From Lama guanicoe (lineage: Eukaryota): a stretch of DNA of 64,000 nt. The stretch is taken from contig MU054001.1 of assembly GCA_013239625.1 (NCBI GenBank), forward strand, positions 2,176,151 through 2,240,150, read 5' to 3'. Below, piece after piece: positions 51,440 to 63,399 of this stretch. Each line of letters opens with the position of its first letter. Positions within the stretch are counted from its first letter, which is position 1. Both the position numbers and the translations under genes were made by a program. The notes beneath the pieces were generated by a model. It saw nothing but the letters and a program-made list of their open reading frames with translations. It did not search any database and was not told the DNA's origin.

Positions 51440-52580
51440 GTATGAGTGTCTGGCATATAATTAAAATGTGACACATGAGACAGAACAGGAAAATGTGATC
51501 TATAATCAAGAGAAAAAATAGCCAGTAGAAACAGACTCACTCATCTGACTCTCAAACATCGCAGGTGGGAATGTAAAATGGTGCAGTTCTGGAAAACATT
51601 TTGGCACTTTCTTATACAGTTGAATGTACAGTTACTTATCATAAAACCTACAATTCCACCCTCAAGTATTTATTCAAGAGAGAAGAAAACATATGTTGCA
51701 AGAGAGATAACAAACATTCATAACAGCAAAAACTAGAAACAATGCCAATGTTCAAAAGGTGAAAGGGTAAACAAATTCTTCAGGTTAAAGGAATTATTTC
51801 CAGTTGGAAGAAAAGAACAGGCAGGAAGGAACAAAGAGCTCTTACAAAGGTGCATGAATGAGTATATGCAAAAGATTATTGACTGCTTAAAACAACAATA
51901 ACACTACCTTATGGTGTTTATAACATATGAAGTAAAATATAAAACCACAATAACAGAAAGAGTAGGGGGTAAATCAATTATAAGCTTATAATTTTAAGGT
52001 TGAAAAATTGATGTTGAGCCTCCTGGAAGTCAAAGCTAAAAGTGAGATATTATCTATTTTTAAAATCGTTTTGTCCATTTAAAAAGCCATTTATTATTCC
52101 TCAGGGGAAACAAAACTTTATGAAGCCTAAAATAAAAATTTAATTTGCCATTTATAGAGAGGACACTGAATGTAGTGGGTGATGTACTCAAAACCACCCC
52201 TATAGTAAATGAAGTAGTGGGTTTGTTTAGTAGTTTCTTAAAACATCTCACAGTATAATCCAAAGTATAACGAGAGGGCATGACTGGGTGAAGGCTATTC
52301 TATTGGTGGGCAGTACAATGTGGTTTATTACTCAATTTGAAATTGGCATCTAATTGGTCAGAAGATTGTTTCTCCCAGCCCTTAATCTCAAATTAATATA
52401 TTGAAATGATATTCATGAACATATTTGGCACATACATTAAGTCCTGACATATCAATAATTACCTTAAATGGAAATGATCCAAACACAGCAGTTAAAAGGC
52501 TGAGATTGACAAAGTGGATTTAAAAACACCATCTAATAGATGCTATCTATAAGAAACTCATTTCAAATACTTAATACTAG
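51440..52580 (+). mobile_element. Fragmented ancient L1M pieces
   Basis: aggtgggaatgtaaaatggtgcag...caattccaccctcaagtatttattcaagaga, and ORF2-start-like atatcaataattaccttaaatggaaatg...tatctataagaaactcatttcaaata. Confidence 0.55.
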
Positions 52581-53098
52581 ACAAACTAGCAAAACTATAC
52601 TTTGTTCAAGTCAGTAAAATTTATCCAGTACATTTGTAAAGTAATTTGGCAAGTTGCTTATTAAGGACTAAAATCCAAACAAAAATAAAAATGAAAACAG
52701 CGTAAGCACTGGCTAGTACTGAAATTACTTCCTTTCCCAGCAGCTTATTGGTGAGATGTGTTCACCCAATGAATATTCTGGATCAAGTTGTGATCTTTTT
52801 TCAACCTATATGACTCACAGACTTCAGTAATTCAATTCACATCAGCTCTGCAATTGGTCCAGTTCAGCTATTAAGACAAAAATTTGAAAATGTTGCATTT
52901 TGAACAGAAAGCTAACTTCCTTATTCTCAGGAGCATGCTTATCATTAAAACAAAACTTCAATAACCTAGAGAAAGAGAAATTATATTTTTGAATAAAAGA
53001 AGAGAAAAGCTAAACTTAACCAGAATTCAGGTCTACTGGTAACACAGTGAAATACTTTTATCACTACTACAGAAAAAATAGTTGCATCAACAACTTTT

Positions 53099-55221
53099 TA
53101 AAAAATATTTTTTATTGAGTAATAGTCATTTTACAATGTTGTGTCAAATTCCAGTGTAGAGCACAATTTTTCAGTTATACATGAACATATATATATATTC
53201 ATTGTCACATTTTTTTCTCTGTGAGCTACCATAACATCTTGTGTATATTTCCCTGTGCTATACAGTATAATCTTGTTTATCTATTTTTTGTTTAGTCTGT
53301 TTTTTGTTTTTTTCCAACATTTTTTATTGATTTATAATAATTTTACAATGTTGTGTCAAATTCCAGTGTAGAGCACAATTTTTCAGTTATACATGAACAT
53401 ATATAAATATTCATTGTCACATTTTTTTCTCTATGAAAAAAATGTATATAATATATATATTTCCCTGTGCTATACAGTATAATCTTGTTTATCTATTCTG
53501 CATTTTGAAATCCCAGTCTGTCCCTTCCCACCCTCCACCCCCTTGGCAACCACAAGTTTGTATTCTATGTCTATGAGTCTGTTTCTGTTTTGTATTTATG
53601 TTTTTTTTTTTTTTTAGATTCCACATATGAGTGATCTCATATGGCATTTTTCTTTCTCTTTCTGGCTTACTTCACTTAGAATGACATTCTCCAGGAACAT
53701 CCATGTTGCCGCAAATGGCATTATGTTGTCGGTTTTTGTGGCTGAATACTATTCCATTGTATAAATATACCACATATTCTTATCCAGTAATCTGTTGATG
53801 GACATTTAGGCTATTGTATCCATGTCTTGGCTATTATAAATAGTGCTGCTATGAACACTGGGGTGCAGGTGTCATTTTGAAGTAGGTTTCCTTCTGGATA
53901 TATGCCCAGGAGCGGGATTTCTGGGTCATATGGTAAGTCCATTCCTAGTCTTTTGAGGAATCTCCATACTGTTTTCCACAGTGGCTTTCCTTGCTTCCCT
54001 CTCCCACTCTTAATGATTTAGATGTCTTCTTTTACAATTTTGTGTTTATTCTTTTTGTAATTCATGGCAGTTATCTCCTTTCCAGTTATGAGTTTCTCAT
54101 TTTTGTAGCATCCTGCTTCTTTTCTATTTAGAGTAGACCTGCCAATATTTCTTTTAGCATGGGTTTAGTGTTGCTAAACTCTTTTAGTTTTTGCTTGTCT
54201 GTGAAGTTCTTTATCTCTCCTTCTATTCTAAAGGATAGCCTTGCTGGATAGAGTATCCTAGGCTGCATCTTTTTTTCATTCAGGACTTTGAATATATCTT
54301 GCCACTCCCTTCTGGCCTGTAGTGTTTGTGTAGAGAAATCAGCTGAGAGCCTTATGGGGGTTCCCTTGTAACTCACCCTTTGTTTTTTCTCTTGTTGCCT
54401 TTAGGATCCTTTCTTTATCCTTGACTCTGGCCATCTTGATTATGATATGTCTTGGTGTGGGTCTGTTTGGGTTCTTCCTATTTGGGACCCTCTGAGCCTC
54501 CTATACTTGGATACATGATTCCTTTAGGTTTGGGAAGTTTTCAGTCATGATTTCTTCCAATACCTTTTCAATCCCCTTTGTTCTTTCTTCCCCTTCTGGA
54601 ACTCCTATTATGTGTAGATTGGCATGCTTCATATTATCCCATAGGTCCCTTATATTGCTTTCATTGTTTTTTATTTGTTTTTGTCTCAGCTGTTCTGATC
54701 GGGTGCTTTCTGTTGTCCTGTCTTCTAGGTCACTTATTCGATCCTCTGCGTTATCTAGCCTGCTTTGTACAGCCTTCAGGTCAGCTCTCATCTCAGCAAA
54801 TGAGTTTACTAATTCTACTTGGTTCTTCTTTATAGCTTCTCTTTCATTCTTGACATATTTTATATCTCTAAACACTATTTCTTTTAGTTCCTTCAGTACT
54901 TCGATCACACCTTTTTTGAAATCTTGATCTAGTAGGCCATCAATGTCTATTTCCTTGATTGTGCTTTCAGGGGATTTCTCTTGATCTTTTAATTGGGGGT
55001 GGTTCCTGTGCTTCTTCATCTTGCCGATATCTCTCTGGCACTGTGGCTTATGGAGTATCAGTTATCTATTGTGGTCCTTAAGGAGTTTATTTATTTATCT
55101 ATCTAAAGCCTATGCAGGAATAAAACCGGTGGGTGGTCGGGTCACTCCCCATCTCGATGCTGCAGTCAGATGCTGCGCTTGGGTGAGGCAGGTGGGCAGA
55201 TCCTGCCCCCTCCCAACACCG
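53099..55221 (-). mobile_element. Rearranged L1: 5'UTR piece + ORF1 + partial inter-ORF + ORF2 tail + doubled 3'UTR
   Basis: 15-bp TSD gcatcaacaactttt (53084-53098 / 55222-55236) at a TT/AAAA site. Internal junctions at ~53986 and ~55125 were found by comparison with the full-length copy. Confidence 0.92.
54128..55019 (-). pseudogene. L1 ORF1, full span with one stop (54501) and one frameshift
   Basis: ORFs 54501..55019 (MKKHRNHPQLKDQ...IIGVPEGEE...ENFPNL) and 54128..54376 (YKGTPIRLSADFS...ARREW...ILYPARLSF). Confidence 0.92.
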
Positions 55222-56353
55222 GCATCAACAACTTTTAATATTTTTGTTTCATTTATCATTTGATGCTGAAAAGAAGTTTTTAGGCATTGTATTTCCCCTT
55301 CCTCTTCCAGAATTTTTTTTTGATCAGTAGAAGGATTTGTATTACTAGGATAACATTAGAGAATATTCAATCAGCATACTACTTAAGAATAGAATAGATG
55401 CTTGCATAATTAAGAAGACTGCCTAATCTTAGTACTAAAAACTGATAAAATAGCAGAAAATAAGTCCCAGTTTGGAATATAGAGACTATGGTCTTGAATA
55501 AAACATCAGCAAATATAATAAAATATCTCAGGCTCAAATTGAGGGAAAAGAAAAATTCTCAGCATGAATTGCTTGTATATATAATCACTCATGACCCCAT
55601 GCAGGTTGATGAAAAGAATCCTCTAAGTTGGAGTTGCCAAAATATTTTTTTCCCTTGTTTAAAAAAAGATAGCTAAAAACACTTTGGAGGTAGTTAGATA
55701 TTCTGAGTAATGGAATATAATCCTGTCTGCTTACTGCTTTTCTGGTTTTATATTGCTGCAGTAAATTATGGGCAACTTTATGGTAGGATTCTTGATTTAC
55801 TTTTTAAAAAGACATTAGCTTTATTATTTATTAATTCTAACTGATTTCTTCTATAAACATGCCATAAATATTAACATATCTGATGGACTATAAAGATCTG
55901 ATGAAAGTGAAAAAACATTATGTCTGATGTAGAGTGATGACTTGACAACACTCTCCTTTTATGTTGTTTGTTCTTTCTTGTTTTTGGTAGCAAAAAGTAC
56001 AATTAATTAGCAGCTCATGTCAGTGGGAAAGAAACATGTAGTATTAATGTAAGTGAGTTTTAAGTTCTTCTACCAGGAATAAATACATCATTATTTCTAG
56101 AAGTTTATAGTCCTATTTTTAAACTTTTCCCAAATTCAAATTTATAAAAAGTTTTCTTTAATTTGCTGCCAGGAATTATTTTCAACAGAATCAAAGATTT
56201 CATTATTAAATTAGAGAAATGACCAGTGCCACGTATTCATACTTTCCTTCTTATAAAGTCTTTTGAAAATGAGATAGACCTGGGGCTTTACATCTTTAAG
56301 AATACTTCCACAATATACAAGTATTAATTAAGTGCTCATTGTGGTGGGAGGCT

Positions 56354-56400
56354 GTGTGTGTCTGTGTGTCTGTGTGTCTGTTTGTCTGTGTGTGCATGTC

Positions 56401-56430
<30 letters not shown>
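56354..56430 (+). repeat. (TG)n(AG)n compound microsatellite
   Basis: Direct dinucleotide runs. Confidence 0.9.
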
Positions 56431-56433
<3 letters not shown>

Positions 56434-57152
56434 ATAAAAGACACGGTCTCTACCACAAGGAGAGTAGTAGAATAATGGATGCAGAAATCCATGTGACAGA
56501 GAATGCTAGTCTTAATATCTTTTAATAATGAATCTTATTTCTATACTTAGTTCAGAAATTTTAAAATAAAAAAGTCTACTAGCAAGTTAAAATTCTAGAC
56601 CATGGCGACTTCCTCTTCAGAGGAGTCTCCCTTCATCTTCAGTTTCAACATGCAAATGGAAAATGTAAATAACAAGATGCCTATCTATGTTTTCCCCATG
56701 AACAAGAAGAATGTGAGTAATGAATGTATATGTAATATTTTTAGTTATGGCTAATATTTCTTGAGCATCATGTATGCTCCTGGCCCCGTGCTAAGAGCCT
56801 TCCATATATTGTTTTGCCTATCATTTACCTCAAACATGTGAGGAAGGTTATGATTACTTCCATTTTTTTTAAATCTATGGGGCATAAAAGCCTGGGAACA
56901 GATCATTAGTAGAACTGAATTGCCCTGTTGAGAAGTTATTCCTTTTTGAGTTGTTTCATTCCTTTTGATTTTAACAAAGAGAACGTCTCAGGAGTTAGTA
57001 TGTATTTATCTGTAACATTTGCTAATCAATTTCTTTCTCAAGCCCTTTCTCATTCTCAACAAAGACAGAGCAAACCTCAGGTTCAAAGCCTCTGGGAAGC
57101 AATAGTTTGTAGCTAAATTATAAGAACATTGTTTTGCTTTAATTACATTTTT

Positions 57153-57269
57153 TAAAGTTTATTTTTATTTTTATTTTTTTTATGAAGGTACTGGGGATTG
57201 AACCCAGGACCTCATGCAAGCTCGTGCATGCTAAGCATATGCTCTACCACTGAGCTATAACCACCCCCC
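57153..57269 (-). mobile_element. tRNA-Ala-derived SINE (camelid vic-1-like)
   Basis: Reverse complement reads gggggtggttatagctcagtggtagagcatatgcttagcatgc...gaggtcctgggttcaatccccagtacc plus an A-rich tail, with Pol III A and B boxes. Degenerate TSD taattacattttt / taattccgttttt. Confidence 0.85.
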
Positions 57270-57769
57270 TAATTCCGTTTTTAATGCATATTTTCTATTT
57301 ATGGTCAGAGATACTAGTACTCGTATATAGCAGTACCCCAAGTTCCTTTTTGAAATTAATTTAAAGATATTGAGTTAATAATTGCTACATTTATTGTGGT
57401 GGTGAGCAAAAGGCTGAAGTTTGGGGAACAATGTAGAATATGTTGCTCCTTTAGTCATTGAGGAAAGTTCACACATACTTTAAAATCCATTTTCATCTGA
57501 GGCACACATTTTCTGGGGACTTTAAAATAAAGTACATAGCACTGGGATTTGCAGTACTAGAAATGATTGATGGTTGTTAAATTTAATGTCTCAGAATCTA
57601 TAGACCCAAGTTGATCAAACCAACATGACTACTGTGAGCAGTTGTGATTTTTATCTGAAAAAGAAAGAGAAATGTAAAAGAGAGGGAAAATTGTTAAAAC
57701 TTTAGTTATCCTTGATTTAGGTAAGACAAGCTGAATTTCAAATTTTTTATAGCAAATATTTTGATCATT

Positions 57770-58160
57770 TTTTATATGTCAATCATTTTGCTAAATGTCT
57801 TTAAATGTGTTATTTCACTTAATTCTTGTGACAATCTCATAAATATAGGACAATGGTTGTCTCAGTTTTTAAAATATATAGTAGGCTATCATAGATTAGG
57901 TAACTTGGTCAATGTAATGAACTTCAATTTTTGACTCTTCTTATGTAACACCTAACAACACCCATCATAGTGACAGCTCCTCTCACTGAGTGCCCACTAT
58001 GTCCTGGACACTGTGCTAAGCACCCTGTGGACAGCTCTCAAATTTGTTAGGAACTATACAGAGATTGAGTGCTATTAACCCCATAATGGATGAAGGAAAT
58101 GGATCAGAGAAGTTAAGCAACTTATCTATGATCATATGGTTTATAAGTGGTAGAGCTGGG
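57770..58160 (-). mobile_element. Two MIR fragments
   Basis: tttcacttaattcttgtgacaatctc... and actgagtgcccactatgtcctggacactgtgctaagc...agagaagttaagcaactt. Confidence 0.7.
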
Positions 58161-58686
58161 ATTTTTTTTAATTTTGTTTTTTATTGAAGCATAGTTGATT
58201 TATAGTGTTAGTTTCAGGTGTACAGCAAAGCAATTCAGTTATATATATACATACATATATATATTTTTTTTCAGTTTCTTTTCCATTATATGTCATTGCA
58301 AGTAATTGAATATAGTTCCATGGGCTATACAGTAAGTCCTTGTTGTTTATCCATTTTATATACACTAGTGTGTATCTGTTAATCCCAAACTGTAATTTAT
58401 CACTTCCCCACTCTTTCCCCTTTGGAAATCATAGTTTGTTTTCTATGTCCATGAGTCTTATTCTTGGTTTGTAAATAAAATTTGTATTTTTTTAGATTCC
58501 ATAAAAAGTAATATATGACATTTGTCTTTGTCTGATTTACTTCACTTAGGATAATAATCTCTAGGTCTATCCATGTTGCAGCAAATGGCATTATTTTATT
58601 TTTCATGGCTGAGTAGTATTCCACTGTGTGTATATAATACACATTCTTTATCCATTCATCTGTCGATGGACATTTAGGTTATTTCT
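58161..58686 (-). mobile_element. 5'-truncated L1 3' end
   Basis: ORF 58400..58642 ([28 protein letters not shown]) plus 3'UTR. Confidence 0.9.
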
Positions 58687-58819
58687 AAGCTTCTCTGACT
58701 ATATATGGTTTTTACTTCATTACTCTTCTCAGTTCCTCCTCCCCTCTCTCTTAGTTTCTTTAGAAATCTAATCGTTTATATTTACTGTCATATTCTCCTT
58801 TTCTGGCACCCTTCATTCC

Positions 58820-59860
58820 TTCCTATAGATCCAGGTTTCTTTGTGGATCATGTTCCTTCAGCCTGAAGAACTTCCTTTAGTATTTAGTGTAATGCAAGTC
58901 TGTCACTGACAAACTGTCTCAAATTTTATCTGACAGTGTCTTTATTTCAGCCTAATTTTTTAAAGATTATTTTTCTGGGTATAGAATTCTGATTTGAGAG
59001 CATTTTCTTTCAATACTGAAAATATCCTATTGTCTTCTGGCTACCTTTATTTTTTATAACAAGTTGCCTAACATTCATATTATTATTTCTCTCTGTGTAA
59101 TATGTCATTTTCCTCTGGCTGTCTCAGTGTTTTTATTTTTTATTTTTCATTTTCAGGAGTTGAAGCCTGATGTGCCCAGTTGTGGTTTCCTTGTATTTAT
59201 CTTCCATAGGATTTGTTCACCTTCTTAAATCTCTTTTTTCATTAAATTTGGGGAAATTTACACCATTATTTAAAAAAAGAACTTTTGTGCCCCATTCTCA
59301 TTCTCTCCTCTCCTTCTGGTACACACATGTGACACATCAAGGTACTTGCTGTTGTTCCTTCAGTCCCTAAGGCTCTGCTAATTTTTCAATTTTTAGAATA
59401 TGTGATCTTCTTATTAGGTAATTGCTATTGTTACATTGTAAAGGTCAGTGACCATTTTTCTGCTCTTGCTATTGTCCATCTTAGCCAGTGAATTTTCCAT
59501 GTCAGATATTGTACCTTTCGGTTATGGAATTTCCATTTAGTTCTTTTTCCAGCCTCTATTTCCCCCTTAGATTTTTCTATCTGTTCCCTTAGTAGGACCT
59601 TACTTTTCTCTTAAGCCTTGGAATGTATTTATAGAAGCTTCTTTAAAGTCCTCCCCTGTTATCCCAATGCCTTAGTTATCTCAGTGTCTGTTTCTAACGA
59701 TGGGTTTCTTCTTGATTAGGGGTCACATTTTCCTGTTTCTTTATATGTCTAACACATTTTTATTGTATCCTGGGAAATGATATATATTTAAGGCATATGA
59801 ATTATATTTCCTTCTTTAAAAAGTGTTGAATTTTTTTCCTGGCAATTAATTTACTGGGTG
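58820..59860 (-). mobile_element. Ancient L1M ORF1-region fragment
   Basis: cctgaagaacttcctttagtatt...gggtatagaattctg...aaatttggggaaatttacaccattatt (antisense of the ENFPNL-type motif). Confidence 0.6.
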
Positions 59861-59909
59861 ACCCTGAGTATGTGCATTCCACCTGGAGTCTATCTCAATG
59901 GCATGAGCT

Positions 59910-60590
59910 TCAATCTAATACCACTTACACATCAGCCAGAATGACTAAAGTGGAAAAGACACACACACACACAAAATTCCAAGAGTCTATAAAGTCGTGG
60001 AACAATTGGAATGCTGTTAATGAGGGTGTGAATAGATACAGTCACTTTGGAAAACCGGTTGACAAAATCTACTAAAGCCGAACTTAAATATATTCCACAG
60101 CACAGCAGCTCTACACCTGGGCTTATTCTCAAGAGAAATTCATAACTGTGATCACCAAAGATATGTACTGAAGTGTGTATAGGAGCCCAATTTGTAATAG
60201 CCAGAAAGTGGAAACTACCCAAATGCCTATCAACAGCACCAGAGACAAATAAATACATGATAGTACAGTCACACAATGAAATAGTGCACATTGAGTATGA
60301 ATAATATACAACCATACACAACAATAGGAATGAGCCTCACAAGCATAATGATTAAAGAAGACACCACACAAAAGTACATGTTGTATGATCCGTTTCTATA
60401 GAATGAAAAATAGGCAAAACTAATCTAAGCTGTTGGAAGAAAGATAGTGGTTAGTCTTTGGGGAGTGACTAGAAAGAAACACAAGGGCTTTTGTGCTGTT
60501 GGCAATGGTCTGTTTTTTTTAATCTGGGCGCTGGTCACACAGGTGTGTTCAGTTGGTGATAACTTATTGAGCTGCATATTTACTATTCTG
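59910..60590 (+). mobile_element. Ancient L1ME/MD-like 3' end
   Basis: ataccacttacac...cagaatgactaaa...gtggaaactacccaaatgcctatcaacag...taggcaaaactaatctaagctgttggaag. Confidence 0.75.
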
Positions 60591-61504
60591 ATAGGTTTGT
60601 GTGTGTGTATATATCATATCTGTCTATCTATTCTATCCATATCTTTACCTTTGTTCCACTTAATTTTTTTAACTCGTTGGTGGCAGAGCTGGCAAAGATT
60701 AGTCCCTTTCATTGCTGTCGATTGAATGGGGCTGAGTGAGAATTTTACGGTTATGATTGCTTTTCTATCTTGAGTGATTGATCCAGTTTATATTTTCTAC
60801 AGCCCCTGTAAGTGCCATTTGAAGGACCAGAGTGGCTTGTGGTGGGTTTGGCATCTATCCCAGCTTCTCTCTTCAAGTGGAAGGTGTAATCTGAGTTGCT
60901 AGCAAACACACCTCAGAAACGAGGTTGTTCTTTGGCTAAGACCAGTGAGCTTTAGAGCCGCTCAGCTCCGCACAGGGCTTACCAGGGCACACAGACTCAG
61001 ACGGCTACCACGTGGAGGGGACCTGGCTCACATTTACTCCCTCTGAATGTTTTTCACTCTTTAAGAGTCCAAAGCTCCCTTTAAGGACCCCAGAGATGTC
61101 AGCCCTAGCTGCTGGTCCTCCTGCAGACTTTCAAGCCCTGGTGTCCTGGTGTTTTTCCTCTGCATCTGCCACTATTAAGTTGTGTGGCTTCAGTCACATC
61201 TCCTCTTTGGAGCTTTGTCTCCTCATATTTTAAGGCTTAGTTCATTTGCTTCCCCCTATGAAGTCCTCCCTTGATAGACCGCAAGGTCGCCCCTTTGTAT
61301 CTGTTCTCATTTTACTTTGCAGAAATATCCATTTCAATCCTTACTATTATTATGAGCAAATTGTGTGTAGGTCCACGTCCCCTCTATGTTGTAAGCATTT
61401 CGAGGGCTGGACTAGCACCTTTTTGGTTTATATCCTTATAATCTTGGCTTTTACTTCAATACATTTTTGTGGAAAAATTGAATGAATTTCATGGAATGAA
61501 TTTG

Positions 61505-61660
61505 TATGATTGTTTGATCAATGTCTGTCTCTCAAACTAGACTATAAACTCCATGAGGGCAGCAGCTTGCTTTTTAGTTCCTGACTGTATCCTTGTGCCT
61601 AAATACTGCCTAGCACATAGTAGGCACTCAATAAATATTTTCTGGGGAAATGAATGATTC
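61505..61660 (+). mobile_element. L2 3' end
   Basis: actagactataaactccatgagggcag...gcctagcacatagtaggcactcaataaatatt...aatgaatga. Confidence 0.85.
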
Positions 61661-61883
61661 TAAAATGAAGATATTAGATCCTCGTTAAGGTCTGCTCCAA
61701 ATTCCAGAATTCTCTGATGAGTCAGTTGTTACTGAATTTAGTTTCTTTTAAAAGTAACTATGTATGTATGTGTATATATATATATACACACACACACACA
61801 TATTTACAATGCATATGCACACTTTCAGCTGAAAGAAATGCATATTTATATAGGTTTATATGGACATCATATAGGACATTATA

Positions 61884-62220
61884 CAGTTAACTCTTGAACA
61901 ACACAGGGGTTAGGGCTGCCAATCCCTTGTGCAGTCAAAAATCAAGGTACTGCTATCTCTGCCTCAAAAAAAAAAAAAAAGATTGATAAATGACTCACTC
62001 AAGGGCTGGAAGCTGCAGAAATTTGAATAGAATCAGGACTCAAACCCCAGTTCTTTTGATTCCACATATTGTGCTTGCTAATTGGACACAAACTTTTCCT
62101 TGCACTGGGTTAATTTAAAGATTTGTAAAATGAAAATACAAGTACTATTTTTATTGAAAAAAAAATCCAAGCATATGTGGCAATGTGCAGTTCAAACCCA
62201 TGTTGTTCAAGGGTAAATTG
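61884..62220 (-). mobile_element. Tigger2/MER8-type non-autonomous element with atypical interior
   Basis: TIRs cagttaactcttgaacaacacaggg / cccatgttgttcaagggtaaattg, flanked by TA on both sides. Confidence 0.8.
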
Positions 62221-62239
62221 TATATTATTTAATTGTGTA

Positions 62240-62386
62240 TTATCTGTTTAACGTCTTAGCCTCCATTAGACTGTAAGCATCAGAGGCATGGCACTTGATT
62301 ACGTTTTTCTTAACTGTGTATCTCCAGCATCTGGTACAGTGTCTGGCACAGAGTAGGTGCTCAGTAATGAGTTATTGAATGAATAT
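62240..62386 (+). mobile_element. L2 3' end
   Basis: cattagactgtaagc...cagtgtctggcacagagtaggtgctcagtaatgagttattgaatgaat. Confidence 0.85.
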
Positions 62387-62499
62387 AACTAAGACTTGAA
62401 AGAGGAAAGATGCTTGCTACTCATTTTGCCCAGGGTCAGCTTTTCTTATATCACTTTTTTTGGCACAGGATTATCATCAAATATATTTGGATAGTGTCT

Positions 62500-62690
62500 C
62501 TTTCTATACTTCCCTCTTGGATGTCTACTGTATAGGTCAGCATACTAAAGGCTCTGAGAAGTCTTGCAGAGGTCCTTGTGGACTTGGCATTGTTATAAAA
62601 ACTCCTTAATTCAATAAACTTTTCATTATCTAATACCTATTAAAATGCTAAAGAATTAGTACTCCATAGAACACAATCTGGGGAATGCTT
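62500..62690. mobile_element. hAT-Charlie (MER103-like) fragment
   Basis: catactaaaggctctgagaagtcttgcag...tccatagaacacaatctggggaatgct. Confidence 0.5.
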
Positions 62691-63399
62691 CCCTAAGGTT
62701 ATTTAGATTTGCTAATGGCTTACTTTAAGCCCTCTTTACCGGGCCAGTGGATATGGTTTTACAGGCTGTACCATGTATGATTCTAGGGGATGCCATTCAT
62801 GGTGCAACCTATAAATAGTGATCCTGATTTTGTACCACCTACTCTGTTTCCCAAGTTAATTGCAATTCTTCTGAGAGCTGGAAATATATTTTCCATTTCC
62901 CCCTTATACTCCTAGCAGCAAGAAGAGCTTTTTTTACACAATACAGAAGCTCCTTTTGGACTTATCTTTACAAAAATGATGGTTTCTCTGATACACTAGA
63001 GCAAGGATAACCTTAGGCTAAATTGTGTTGGAAGCAGATAATTTTTTCTTCTTTGCACCTCTCTTACCTATACCTCTCTTTCATTCCATTCATGAATCCT
63101 TCTATGATACCTTTTTCCTTCCACCTCAATCAAAAGAAAATTTGCATCAACCATTTACACTTTAGTCTGAATTGTCTCCTCTCTCCTAGAGGTATTTGTA
63201 CCTTAAGCTTTATCTTCTATCATGAAAGGAAAGCTTCATACCTTTGTTAAAGTTATCCCAGGTATTGGAGAATCAGGAGGGGGCCACACTTGGGGCAGTG
63301 ACCCCCTACTTGCCAATCACAGGCTAGTTGCCAGTTTCACCTATGATTAGGACTAGCCCTGTTGTTTTTGCAGTTCTGTTCCCTTTAATGCTTCTTTTG

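Noticed and set aside
53980..53995. Splicing as the cause of the ORF2 deletion
   Set aside because: A CAG lies near the downstream breakpoint, but the upstream parent sequence continues TATAGA rather than GT, so it is not a canonical splice.
57185..57269. Possible tRNA-Ala gene
   Set aside because: The internal duplication, A-rich tail and TSD show it is a SINE copy.
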